From the NCBI RefSeq assembly GCF_009834535.1, contig NC_045715.1:14632001-14696000 (forward strand): a stretch of DNA of 64,000 bases, in the 5' to 3' direction. The position numbers and the translations under genes are program-made. Origin of the DNA: Camelus ferus (lineage: Eukaryota). Positions 22,371 through 34,600 of this stretch are shown one piece after another. The notes beneath the pieces were generated by a model. That model did not search any database. It saw only the letters and a list, made by a program, of their open reading frames with translations, and was not told where the DNA came from. How positions within the stretch are numbered: position 1 is the stretch's first letter; every line of letters begins with the position of its first letter.

Positions 22371-25300
22371 GCTCCCTTCACTCTGCTGCCCTGCCCTGTA
22401 AGGACTTTTTTTCTAGAAGAGTCCCATATTTCAAGGGTCTCCATGGGGTCTAGAAAGAAAGTTCCAATGCTTTTTGCTGCTTTTTGCAGAATGGTAACAT
22501 GCCAGTCTCTACTCAGGCCCCTTTTTGCTTCCTTACTCTTCTGGGCTTCTCCAGCAAGCCTTAGAGCTGGCCGTCAGAACCAGCCAGTCTGATTAGCATT
22601 ATTTCAACAGATGAGGAAACTGTGGCTCAGATTGTTGAAATCAGACCAGGCAAGCCTCTGCTCACTTCCTCTCCCTGCAGTGATCAAACTGTGCTCAGCT
22701 CAGGAAATACTCAGAAAAGCTCGGATTCAGAGTAGGTGAGAAACAGCCCACACATTCCCTAGAGATGGCTTTAAAAAACCAACACTCTCCTCTTTCTCAT
22801 TTCTTTTGCTGATATGGGAACACACCCTGTGTGTGTTTGATGACTGGTAATACCTTAATTGCCATTAGTCAAATCCACTTCTGCTGTCTCTGGATGGATA
22901 GGGTAGGCTGGGTTCCAGGCGTTGTTTATGCCAGGAAACTAGAAAATTGACCAGGACTCTTATACAAGCTTCACCATGCTGCTCTGAAAACAGATCTGCT
23001 TGTGTTAGGGCTTTGAGTACGAAATAGCCTTGTTTTCTTTTACAGGAATCGTCTAAAACGTTTTCCTGTTGTATTTGAAAGGATGCTACTGATTTTATAG
23101 ATTAATTAATTAGTTACTTCAGCTCCTGGAAAATAAATCACATGCCTCATTCTCCCTGTGTATAACATTTGTATTTACTCGTTTGTATGTTTTATATATT
23201 TACATATTTTTGATCACTTGTGAGGAAGAGGAATAAAAGCTTACTGAAACCGCATTGGACAAATGACTTTCAGAAAATACACACTAGCTGAGATTATGGG
23301 TGACTTTTTAGTTTCTTCTTTTACTCTCATGAATATAAAACCCCTTAAAAATTTTTTTTAATTGTAACAGAAAGGAAAACCTTCATTGCCCAAACCTACA
23401 TCTAAAAACTGATCTTGCCAACTGCCTCGCAGTCTCATTTCTTTGTAGCTGTTGACAAACAACACATATTAACATAATTGAGATAATTAAGGGCAGTGCC
23501 AGGTACTGTTACCCGACAGGCTTCTGCGGTGCCGGGACTGCCAATTTCCGCTCCCTTCTAACAGCCTGGAGGTGTGGAGATTAACACCTACAAAGTGTGG
23601 TGGCCTGAATATTGATGAGGGGAGAGAGACCGGCTGCTTCCTTTGATTAAAACATTAGAAGAATAATTATTACAATAGTGAAATGGCTTCAGCCTTCTGT
23701 TAAATTTTTTTTTTTCTTTTACTTCTCCAGTTTACTCTGTAGCCCTGAAACGTTTTTTTGGGCTTTTTTTTCCCCCTCCATATGGCAGATCACAGTCATT
23801 GAAAATCTTATACTTCAAGTTGAGAACATTTTGTATGGATTGAGTTAGTGGTTCCCCAAGACAAGCTAATTTTCATTGTTGCTGAGGAGAGGAAAATATT
23901 ACTTCTGGAGAGCCAGCAGGCATTTTATTAAACAGTTGTACCAGCTGGAAACAAATTATTGCCTTTATTTGAAACTACCATTTGTAGATGTCGGATGCTT
24001 TCACGTCGGTGGGAATTAAGTGATGGGACCAGCTAGGGTTCTCGTGTTGGCGGACTGCTTAGCAGGCCGACCTAGACTCAAATCGTGACCAATGTTGAGG
24101 CTATTGGCTGCTGATTTTACAACAAGGCTATGATTGCTTTTAACTTAGGTACTGATTCCACTGTCACTCTTTTCTCTGTGTAAGGCTCTGGAAATATTTA
24201 AGGTCTAGAGGAAAGAAGATATGCACACTGGGCAGAATCCCAATGCAGTATTAATGCACTCCTTTTTCAGTTGTGATTTCTACAAAATTATCGCATATAT
24301 ACTATTACGGCAGCCTCTGGGTCCCCTCTCTGGTATGAGATAAGAGACAACCACCGCGTTTTTGCAAAGGACAAAGAAATGCTGGCATTACTTCTAAAGG
24401 TCTTGTGATCCAGAACGTGGTTCTGTTTGGGAAAAGAAAAAAAGGCACGCTCTGCCAAAAGTAGCACACGCCACATTATCAGTGAATATCTCCATTCTGT
24501 ATTTTTAGTGGGCAAATAAAATCTATCAGGACAGCATGATTTAGAAGGGTGGAGAGAGACTCATAATTTCCAGGGCAGGGAAAAGGCTACTCTGGTGCAT
24601 TTTTGGTGGAACTGATGTGTTTTGGCAGTAACTTCCAGCTTCCTTTTTTTTTTTTCATCTATGCATAGTCTTTTTTTTTTTTTTTTTTTTTGTAATGGAA
24701 AAATACAGCACAAGACCCTGAGAGTTGAGAAGTGACTGCTGAGAACACTGCCTGTTGCTTTTTTACTAGAATTTGTTTTCTGCTGCCTTCTTGCTGGATA
24801 CCTGTTTATTTAAAAAAAAAAAAAAATTAAGTGCTTTCCTGTCAAAAACTTAATTGAATTGGGCTTATTCAAATCCTGAGGGAAAAGTGCCTTTTGGTCA
24901 TTTCATCCCTTCAAAATCTGCTATGCCTTTTGACCTAATTGATTAAAACAAAAAAGCCCTCTGTGTAATTGTACGAGTTGGGAACCCAGATAATTTCCTC
25001 ACCCAAATCATCCTCCTCCGTCCTCCCCCAGAGTTTCCCATTCCCTTGTAGTTTCTCGGGGGAGCTAGAAGTCAACCTTGGACAAACCAGCGCTTTTTTG
25101 AAGATGGTGAAAATGACACCAAGTTAGAATATCGTTCTAGATTAAGTGGGTGCAGGAATAGAGAGGCTGTGCACGGTAGGTTAGCCACATAGAACCCCGT
25201 GTCTGTGGCTCTGAAGGGGTGTTCTCGCTGTTCTGAGCAGAGTAAGAGGATGGAGGCGAGTTTGGTAGCATTACCTTAATTCTTTCTCTGTGAAACATGA

Positions 25301-25613
25301 GCCCCTGGTGAAAGTATGTGACCACCTCCAACTCCATTTAATCTGGCAGGTTGGTTGGTCCTGTGGGAAGATTCCCCTCCACCTGCAGTTTCTCCTCCTC
25401 TCCAAACAGTGCTTCACTATAAAACCACAGGAGATGCTTCTTGCCTGTTCTGCATTCAAGAGAGGAACTGAGATCAGGTCCGTGTGGTGGGCCTTGTGTG
25501 AGGTCTTGGTACTTGGAGATGCGGAATTGCAGCTCAGTATCCACGGACATACATCTCTGTGTGTGCGTGCCTCTGAAGTTTAACCCCCCAAAATACCATA
25601 AAAATTAAGTACC

Positions 25614-26056
25614 TGCATTCATTTCCGGTGCTGCTGTAACAAATTATCATATACTAGTGACCTGAAACAACAGAAACTTTCTCTCTCCCAGTTCTGAGGC
25701 TAAAAGCCCAAAAGCAAGATGTCAACAGGGCTTTACTCTCTCTGAACGCTCTAGGGGAGAGTGTGTTCCATGCCTCTTCCAGCTTCTCATGACTGTTGGC
25801 CTCCCCTGGCTTGTAGCTGCATCTTTCTCTTCTCTGCCTTCATCTTCACATCACCTTTTCCTCTGTGTGTCTCTATTAAGGATACTTGTCATTGGATTGA
25901 GGACCTACCTGAATAACCTACGATGCTTTCTTCATCTCAAGATTCTAACTTCATTACATTTGCAAAGACCTTTTTTCCAAATAAAATCACTTTCACAAGT
26001 TCTGGGGATTAGGATGTGTGCATATCTTTTAGGGGGCCACCATCTAGCCCTCTACA
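25614..26056 (-). mobile_element. MaLR solo LTR (MLT1C-like)
   Basis: tgcattcatttccggtgctgctgtaacaaattatc...gggggccaccatctagccctctaca. Near-TSD gtacc/gtccc. Confidence 0.9.
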
Positions 26057-27879
26057 GTCCCCAAAGCCGATTGTTTGCACATAGGAAAATGTTTAGAAAT
26101 AGGTGCAATATTATAAATTGGTTGATTGATTTTCATAAATGTATTTTTCTTTTTATATGCCTTAATTTATTCCAAAAAGATTTTAAGGTAGATGTGTAAG
26201 ATTATACATTGTTTAGGAAGAGAAATGACTTTTATTCTAAACTGGTAATGTTCTTGCAGGTACACTCTGGTCTCTGGAAATTGCAAGCCTTTCTCAGGTG
26301 CCTCCAAGCACAAGGAGCCCTCATTCACAAAAGGAGAGAGAGGCTATTTCTCCAACTGTCTTGCCCACATTCTGCCAAGGACCATGTCCTGCCCACTTTG
26401 CTGCGTCTCCTGGTAAGTTTCTCCCACAAGCTCTTTCAAAGGCAATGATTCTCTACCTTCTTGCAATAGGAGACACTCATTTACTATTTGTTGACTCATC
26501 CTTCTTAAAGGAGGGTAAGGGGGAGAATGTCCTCAGCATCCCAGAATACTCCCTGGTGAGCTGGCCAAAGATGAAGATGCAGAGGACCTCAACTGACTAG
26601 CATGCATTTCTTTGGCATGCAGCCCACAGACTCATGTGAGACCTGGGGACGGGGCTGTAAAATGAGAACCATACTCCCTTCTTCCACATGCTTCCTGAGG
26701 CTCACGTGCCGTTACTCTCCTGCACATCTTCTTCCACAAAGTACAGCACTCCTGGTATGTTGAGTCAATACCTCTCTTAAGGCCCTGCCAGGTTTTAAAC
26801 TCTAGCTCCCTGTGAACATGTCCCAGTGTGCTGGTCCCAGTTCTTGGATTTGGTGATAAACGGTGAGGAGAGGAGCCCTCGTTCAGACTTGAGCCTCAGC
26901 TGTGGACTCCAATCCTGGTTTTGTCAGAAGCCAGTATGGGGGGGTTCAGAGCATGTGTGCTGTTACTAAGACTGTGCATTTTGAGTCTTATCTTGTCCTT
27001 GTTCCTTGAGCATCACTCATTCCAGAATCCTGGAGAGAGATGGGGTATTTGCAGTCAGCGTTCAGACATTCTTGGATTTTCCAGCCATAATGCCTTCCAA
27101 GTATCTAAACCTCTTGCAGGGGACACTCAATTCTTTGATTAGCTCAGTGAAATATTATACTCTTTGTAATTGACATCTGGCATCATAAAAAGGAGTATTT
27201 TTTCAGAAACTGTGGACTATAACCAAACCCCCTGCTGCTCTTGGCTTGAGCCTGTGCCCTCTACTCGGGAGGCTGTGAGGGAAGAGAGGCCCAGCCATCA
27301 GCTTGGAGTGTGACCAATCAGATCAGCAGTTCCTCTTGAGAAGGAGAAAAAGCAGAAGCAGGTAGGGTGTGGGAAGAGCAGAGTACATCTCCCTCCCTGC
27401 TGCTTTCATTTACCTGGTTTGTATCGGACTTGGGTCTAGGGTGTGATGGTCCCTGTTTCATTCTGTTATCCCTCTGCTGGGTCAAGGTTTGCTCCAAGTC
27501 CAAGGCCTGTCTTAGGTGGGCTGCCCCAGGGCCTTAACCTGTCTCATTCTGACATTCCTTCTCTGAAATGTCTTCTTCCCTATAGCTTGTGTTTATGCTT
27601 GGTGAAGGATTTCTTAGACTCGGATCCAAGAAGCATGAGTCCTGAGAGCTGTTTTGACAGGAGGAATAAAGGGGGATCTGGCGTCTAATATGTTTGGAAA
27701 ACTCAGTATGCTATAATCCCCTCCTGGAGATTCATAACACACATTAAAAGCCTCCTTAACCTTGGTTAATGTGGAGTTTCCCAAACTTATTTGACCCCAG
27801 AACTCCACTTTCACATAACACCTATTAATAGGGAGAGACACATTCTGGAAAATACTGGCCTGGAAGAAGAGATGTTGGA

Positions 27880-28080
27880 TTTTGAAACAAAAGGCCTGTG
27901 TCTGAATCTCCTGTTTGAGTTTCTAACTATTGGCATCAGATAAGTCATTAGTGACCTCAATTGCCTTATATATAAAATGAGTGTATACAACACTGGCTTA
28001 CCTGCCTAGCAGGGTGGTGAGAAACAAGGACGTCTCTGAAAGTGGTTCTAAAATTATGGTAGGCTCTTCAAACATAGTCC
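27880..28080 (+). mobile_element. MIR SINE
   Basis: ggcctgtgtctgaatctc...cagataagtcattagtgacctc...aaaatgagtgtatacaacactggcttacctgcctagcagggtggtgaga. Confidence 0.65.
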
Positions 28081-28099
28081 TGTGCATGTGGATCTATAA

Positions 28100-28311
28100 C
28101 AGGGGAATGGCCCACAGGCTAAATCAGTCCCCCTGCCTGATTGTTGTAAATGAAGTTTTATTGGCACGCAGCCATGTTCATTTGTTGACACATCATCTGT
28201 GGCTTGCATTCTGGTGGCAGAACCGAGTCACTGAGACAGAGACTGTACGGCTCCCAAAGCCCAAAAGGTTTATTATCTGACCCTATAGAGAAGAAGTTCA
28301 CTGACCCCCTG
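28100..28311. mobile_element. MER58A (hAT-Charlie MITE)
   Basis: cagggg...gtaaatgaagttttattggcacgcagccatg...aagttcactgaccccctg. 8-bp TSD atctataa (28092-28099) / atctctaa (28312-28319). Confidence 0.9.
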
Positions 28312-29841
28312 ATCTCTAATAAAAGAAGACATTTATACTCAAGGACTTGTTACGTGTACAGGAGGAGAGATGGCAGATGTCACTCTGGTGCACTTGGGAG
28401 ACTGTGATGTGGTGATGGGCAAAGCCCCAGCCTGGATTCCTGTCTCAGGGTCCCCAGGGGGCTCTACCTCCCTCACCAGGTAGATCAGGAGGTAAGGTCT
28501 CCAGGCCGAGCAGGAAGGAGGCAAAACAACTGCACAGACTTTCTCTAGATGACAGCTTGGGTGGTGAACATGCCTGGACGCTTGTAGCAGATTCTGGAAA
28601 GTTGCCCAGTTCACCCAAGTGGAAGGAGGAGCCAAAGAGCATGCAGCTCCCGGCCTGGGGAAGGGGCGGAGTGCCAGTGCGTTGCAGATGCATTATTACA
28701 AGTTGCTGCTGAGGACATAGTATTCCTAGGAGTTTCTAAAATCCTTAGAAACCAGAGATAGGTATTCACTTGCAAGCACATTTCTCAAAGGATCACCAGG
28801 GCATTGAAGTGTCCTGGTGACACCTCTGAACGTTTCATCCTCAGGTCCCCCACTGGTGTGTAAGTGGGTGTTTAGGACCCCCGGTCCCCACTCTCAAACA
28901 CTCAGAGAGATCGGCATTCTGAAAATCCATCTTCATGATTTTTCGGAACTCGGCACCTTCAACTCAGCTGCTTTATGTTCCCAGACCACGAATGCAAAGA
29001 GGGAAGCCCCAAAGCATTCCTGGAAAGAGGAATGTTCTCCACTTAGTAGGTGGGTGAGTAACTTGATAAAAGCCTTAACGCCAGAAGCCGGATGATGGTG
29101 ATACGGCTCAGACCCCTGTTTCTGGTCTCCGCGGTCACAAGCTGCTAACAGCATCTGGCGTCCGTAACTCTGGGTGGAGGAATGCTCGCAGGGCTATTTG
29201 TGGAGCCTGTCTCTGAGAGCACACTTAAGACACCTCATACATTTCCAGCCTCCCTCCCCACCTCGCGGGGGCCTAGGCTGTGATGATGTTTGTGACGGGG
29301 AGGGAGGAAATGTTCTGGAGAGTCACCATGGCCTCTCAGTGCTCTGTTAATCCTTTGAGAATTGCTCTTGCAAATGTGCACTTACCTCTAGTCCCTGAGG
29401 ATTTCAGAAACGCAAAGAAGCAGAGAGGGAAAATCACAGCTCGGGGTCAGACTAGCTAATTTTTCTGCCGGTTCTACCCTGCGGAGTCGTCAACTTCCCT
29501 TAGCAATTTAGAGGCAAATGGACTTGCCTTCTGCTTGGATGTCACATCCCTCCACCACCTGGGGACAGTTTTATTCCCTAGGACTCGCCTGCCTTCCACT
29601 GCATGCGGTGGGGGGGGGCATCACGGTCCCACATTACTCCCCCCGTCCCTTCTCTTCACCTCGCCCCTCCAGCCCCATCTTCAGGGAGCCTTTGCTGACA
29701 TCTCTGAGCCCATTTATCTGAACTCTCTCAGAACTTAAGTTCTGTACTGCAGTTTAACATTTAATTAGAGCCTGTTAAAGTCCATCGTATATATATGTAT
29801 ACAGTTTTACTCTCTTCTTTCCAGCAGGAAGGATCCAGCTC

Positions 29842-29955
29842 TTTTTTTTTTTAAAGGGAGTGGTAATTAGGTTTATTTATCTATTTTTAATGGAGATACT
29901 GGGGAGTGAACCCAGGACCTTGGGCATGCACTCTACCGCTGAGCTATACCCTCCC
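29842..29955 (-). mobile_element. Vic-1-like SINE with a small internal deletion
   Basis: ggtaattaggtttatttat...atggagatactggggagtgaacccaggacc...ctctaccgctgagctataccctccc. Confidence 0.88.
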
Positions 29956-30346
29956 TCCTAAACATCCACGTCTTGAAAGCAGAGGCCATCTGCTTTATTT
30001 GAACCTCCCCCGCCTGTCTAAAAGAATGGTTAGCCTAATAGTAGTTTGTCAGTTAAATGCTGTTGAAAATGAGAATTTTGAAGATAAGTTTTCAGTGTCT
30101 CTCGTGACTACGTTTAGAAAAAATGACAGGGTTCAGAGAGAGATGTTGGAAATGCTGGCTTAAGAATATTAGCTGTGTTCATTCTAGGACTCAGGTGCAC
30201 CTGGAAGGCTGGGGGAGGAGGGGCACCCAGACCTATTTGCATTTGATCCAAGGAGTTTCTTGGGAAGGGACTCAGCTTTGGGGAAGAGAGAGTAAAGGGT
30301 CATAACATTTGGACAAGGCCTGCAGGCCAGCAAGGGACAGAAGGGA

Positions 30347-30701
30347 TTTATGAGTTTCCTGGGGCTGCCGTAACGAAGTACCACAAATGGAGTGGTGTAA
30401 GACAACAGAAATGTGTTCTCTCTCAGTTCTGGAGGCTAGAAGCTGGAATTAAGATGTTGGCAGGTCCAGATCCTTTAGGGGAAGTCCTTCCTGACCTCTT
30501 CCCTCTGTGTGTCTGTCTTCAGATGGGGTCCTCTCTTTCATAAGGAGACCAGACATATAGATTAAGGGCCCACCCTAACAATCTCATCTTAACTTGATTG
30601 CATTTGTGAAGACCCTCTTTGCAAATAAATTCACCTTCACAGGTACTGGAGGTTAGGACTTCAGTACATCATTTTGGGGGATATAATTTGACTTTATAAC
30701 A
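30347..30701 (-). mobile_element. MaLR solo LTR (MLT1 family)
   Basis: gagtttcctggggctgccgtaacgaagtaccacaaa...ggttaggacttcagtacatcattttgggggatataatttgactttataaca. Confidence 0.88.
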
Positions 30702-30823
30702 AGATACATCTTTAATAGAGAGTATATGTTATTCTTTAATACCATTGTTTTCTTTAAGGCCTCTGAGAAGTCAGTAAAAGTAGATCTTTATAAAACAATG
30801 AATTTATATTCTTTTGTTGTATA

Positions 30824-31137
30824 TAGTCAGCCCTCTGTACCTGTGGGTTCCATGTCTGCAGATTCAACCAATGGCAGATTGAAAGTGTTTGGGGAGAAAA
30901 AGTTCCAGAAAGTTCCAAAAAGCAGAAATTGAATTTGCCCGGCAACTATTTACATAGCAGCTACATTGTATTAAGTATTATAAGTTATATAAAGATGATT
31001 TAAAGTACAGTGGAGGATGTTCATAGGTTATACGCAAATACTACACCATTTTATGTGAGGGACTTGAGCGTCTGTGGATCTGGGGACTGTGGGGTTCCTG
31101 GGACCAATCCCCTTGGACACCAGAGCCAAGCCGACTA
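30824..31137. mobile_element. MER2 (Tigger-family MITE), near full length
   Basis: agtcagccctctgtacctgtgggttccatgtctgcagattcaacca...ttatacgcaaatactacaccattttatgtgagggacttgagc...ccaatccccttggacacc. Confidence 0.85.
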
Positions 31138-32801
31138 TCTTGGGGCTGAATTTGACATACTCGTGAGGCTATAGGCATCTTTCTCCCCTTGAGACTGGAA
31201 CCTGGTGGAAACTGAGCAGAGGCAGCCCCACCAACACCAGCAGTGGGAAAGCAGCAGGGGCTTCAGAAGGAGAGAGTGGCCGAGAGGACTGTCCCTAAGC
31301 ACGCGCTGGAGGAGTCAGACCTCACTGCGGACCATGAGCAACACTCTTCCCCGCTTTTCTGCCTGCCTCTGAGCCCTCTTCCCACCTGCCTCTGTGGGCT
31401 GTCTTCTGTGTGTCTCAGCTCTCACTGTCCCATGCTGTCTGTCTGCACTGCTGCCCTTTCCACCTCCTTTGCCTTTACAAATGAACGACCATGGCTTGTG
31501 CTTGGGAACCAGTCTCACTGCCGGGTGCTCCTCTCCGTATCCAGAACATTCTCTAACCTGCCAGCTGTGGAAGGGTGGACACCCCCTGCAGCTTCAGGTG
31601 GAGAGATCAATTTCTAGAAAGTGTGAAGCCTCTCGTGCCCTCTCGCTTCCCTCTCCCCGCAGTGGGCTGATGTTTCCAGGTCGCACGGGTGTCCTCTGGC
31701 TGTAACAGCTCTGACCCCCTGCCCAGAACTGTGAGGGCCAGAGCTGTGTGTACCTGCTGTTGGCTGAGCTGGCTTGGAAGTGTCCCCAATGAGCTCCCTC
31801 TCATCACCCTTTTTATTTGGTTACGGGCATCCTCCTTCATGATGTAAAATAGGAAGTAGGCTAATACCGGCCTCTCAGTCTTGAGGCTCTAATCTGGTGC
31901 CTTGGGGAAAAGCTGGGGTGGCCCGGCCGGTCCCAGGACGTCTGTTCTGGAGGTGATCCTGAGCCAGGCAGCAATGGCCAGGTTGCATCTGCAGTAACCA
32001 CAGCCCTGGCACGTACTCCCGAGCCGGGACCCTGGGGATCTTGTGACTGGAAACGCCAGCTTCTGCTGGTGTCACAGCCTCCTCCTACGGGGCGGAGGGA
32101 GCAGGGAAGGGCTGAGCTCACCCTCCCACTCCCTGGCTGGCTGGCTCTGGGCTGTGCCCTCACTCACCTCCCTGTCCCCCGGGGCCACAGCAGGCCGGGG
32201 AGAGGGATGCTGTGGTCACCAGCCCGCCAGCCAGAGCCTGCGTGATGCTTTTGCCAGATGCATAATCAAGGCACTAGAGGCAACTAGACAAACAGAAAGA
32301 ACAAAGCACCAAGTCCTGAGATTTGGGCCAATATTTCGGAGTTGAAAAATCTTTGTTAACATGAGAGTGTCTGTGGATGATACGTTCTTGCATGTGCTTA
32401 CGCTTACGTGTTTACTTACAGAGGCTTAATCATTAAATCATGTTATCCCCTAAAGATGTTCTCAGCGGCAACAAATCTCTTGGCATGAGATATCAGAGCA
32501 ATAAAAACTGCTCATGACAGGCAGGATGCTGCTGGAGTGCATAAAATAAATTTTAAAAACTAGGTTAAAACAGTAGGAGGCATGCTAGTCTAGCAGAAAT
32601 AAAAATGACAGTCTGAGATTGTCAAATCTAGATCTTTTCCTGAATAACTACTGCACTATTTTCAGCTCTTATCTTTTTTAGTGTGTAAAAAAGATGATAA
32701 CTTTGCCTTTTCTCCCAGTTCCTACCCAGAGCTTCTCCATCTTCTTTGAGTGTGAAATCAAAATAATGTAAAAAAGATATCATTAATTGACAGATTGATA
32801 A

Positions 32802-33178
32802 TATTTTTAAATTGAAGTACAGTTGATTTACAGTGTTGTATTAGTTTCTGGTGTACAGCACAGTGATTTGGTTTTATGTATATATTCTTTTTCATTATAG
32901 GTTATTACAAAATAATGAATATAGTACCCTGTGCTAGACAGTAGGACCTTGTTGTTTATCTATTTTATACGTAATAGTTTGTATCTGCTAATCCCAAACT
33001 CCCAGTTTATCCCTCCCTACTGTTTCCCCTTTGGTAACCATAAGTTTATTTTCCATGTCTGTGAGTCCGTTTCTGCTTCATAAATAAATTCATTTATATC
33101 ATTTTTTTAGATTCCACATATAAGTGATATATGGTATTTGTCTTTGATTTCCTTCACTTAGTATGATAAATCTCTGCT
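32802..33178 (-). mobile_element. 5'-truncated L1 (artiodactyl-type 3' end) with TSD
   Basis: attgaagtacagttgatttacagtgttg...tagattccacatataagtgat. TSD agattgataa (32792-32801) / agactgataa (33179-33188). Confidence 0.88.
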
Positions 33179-33399
33179 AGACTGATAAGTTGATTCAACC
33201 AGTTGGGTTTGGAATAAATGCAAGGAAGGGGGAAACTTGAGGGATATAGAGTGTATTTTTGCGTTTTTAGAGACTTTCTTCTCACATGAAATTGGCTTTA
33301 ATTTTTAGGCTGATATCAGCTCATCAGGATTAATAATATTGACAATTTGAGTGGCCCGTGACGTATATGGCAGCCTGGCAGAGGCCCTTCTTCGTGAAT

Positions 33400-33510
33400 T
33401 ACTCAATGGCAACGCCTCCCTGAGGAAGGTGGAATGCTCCCTGTTTTATAGATGAGAAAATAGAGGCTCAAAAGACCAGACGACTTACCTGGGGTCACAT
33501 GACTAGTGGC
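33400..33510 (-). mobile_element. MIR fragment
   Basis: ttttatagatgagaaaatagaggctcaaaagaccagacgacttacctggggtcacatgactagt. Confidence 0.7.
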
Positions 33511-33865
33511 CACTGGAGACTGGCCAAAATCCCATGAAGTGCGCTGGTGGGAGTATCACATGTCTTGGTTGGGGATGCCCAAACCTTGGTATTCTGTGGG
33601 CTGCTCACTGTCTTCTGTTATCTTTATGCTCCTGTTCCCCTGAGAACCTTGCTCTTGCCCTGGGCCCCTGTGTCTCCTGGGCTTCCAAGGCCTTAGCTGC
33701 TTACCCAAGCCCAGAATAGACTCAGAACAAATACACACTTGGCCTACAGGCAAATCTGGAGACCAGGAGTTGAGATCAGTGCGGCTGAGGGGCCAGTCAG
33801 TGGTCCGGTCCCTCAGAGGCCTTCACGCTTCCTGGCTTTCCCTGTCCAGGCAGAAGCAGACTGAC

Positions 33866-33883
33866 GGGGGGGGGGGGGGGGGG
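33866..33883 (+). repeat. Poly-G (G18)
   Basis: 18 consecutive G followed by cggg. Confidence 0.95.
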
Positions 33884-34540
33884 CGGGAGCAGTGCTGCCC
33901 CAGCTGGCAGACCCTGGGGTGTGTGGGGCCAGGCTGGCCCCGGCTTCATTTAGCCCTCGGGCTTTCCATGTTGCAAAAGGACAGCCCGTGAGAGATACAT
34001 AACGCTCGTTTTACTCTCTTCTGGAATCGTTAGTGTGAGTTGTTCCTGACTCTTGTCGGGAGTACCCACCCCCAGGGGTGGTCTCTTAGGGTCTGCAGCC
34101 CTCTGCTCCTCCATCCAGGGTAATGCCTTCAAGGTTTACTCCCTGGCTGTCTCCATCAGCAGCAGAGGCTTTGTGCTTCAGCACAGGAGATGTCAGGAGA
34201 CATCGTTCATTGTCAGGACGAGCGGTGTGGAAGATGCGTGGACTGGCTGGACTGTCGCACAGGCAGAGTTTGAGGCAGTGAGCCTGGTACTCCTTGGAGT
34301 GGCCTTTTGTGTGGCCCTGATTTTGTTACCTGGAAAGTCAACTGGATCTTGCTGCCAGGGTTGAGGAGTACGCACCTCGAATGGGAGTTTTTCAGAAGGT
34401 GCTTGTTGGGATGTGTCAGTGGGCAGAGACCTGGGGTCTTACTCACCTTGGAAGAACACGCACTGTGACTGCATGTGTGGCTGTTTGCTGGTACGTGTTT
34501 GCCGGATCAGTCTGAGATTTACTTCCACTGTAACATATAC

Positions 34541-34542
<2 letters not shown>

Positions 34543-34581
<39 letters not shown>

Positions 34582-34600
34582 CTGTCTGTCTGTCTGTCTG
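34543..34600 (+). repeat. Compound microsatellite (TG)18-TA-(TCTG)5
   Basis: Direct reading of the sequence. Confidence 0.97.

Noticed and set aside
15082-29955. tRNA genes at the four A/B-box elements
   Set aside because: They have SINE tails, poly(A) and in two cases TSDs, and the cloverleaf is degenerate. They are SINEs.
34447-34527. 81-nt minus-strand exon candidate (ttacag|...AAG|gtgagt)
   Set aside because: The acceptor lacks a pyrimidine tract and the translations are unrecognisable.
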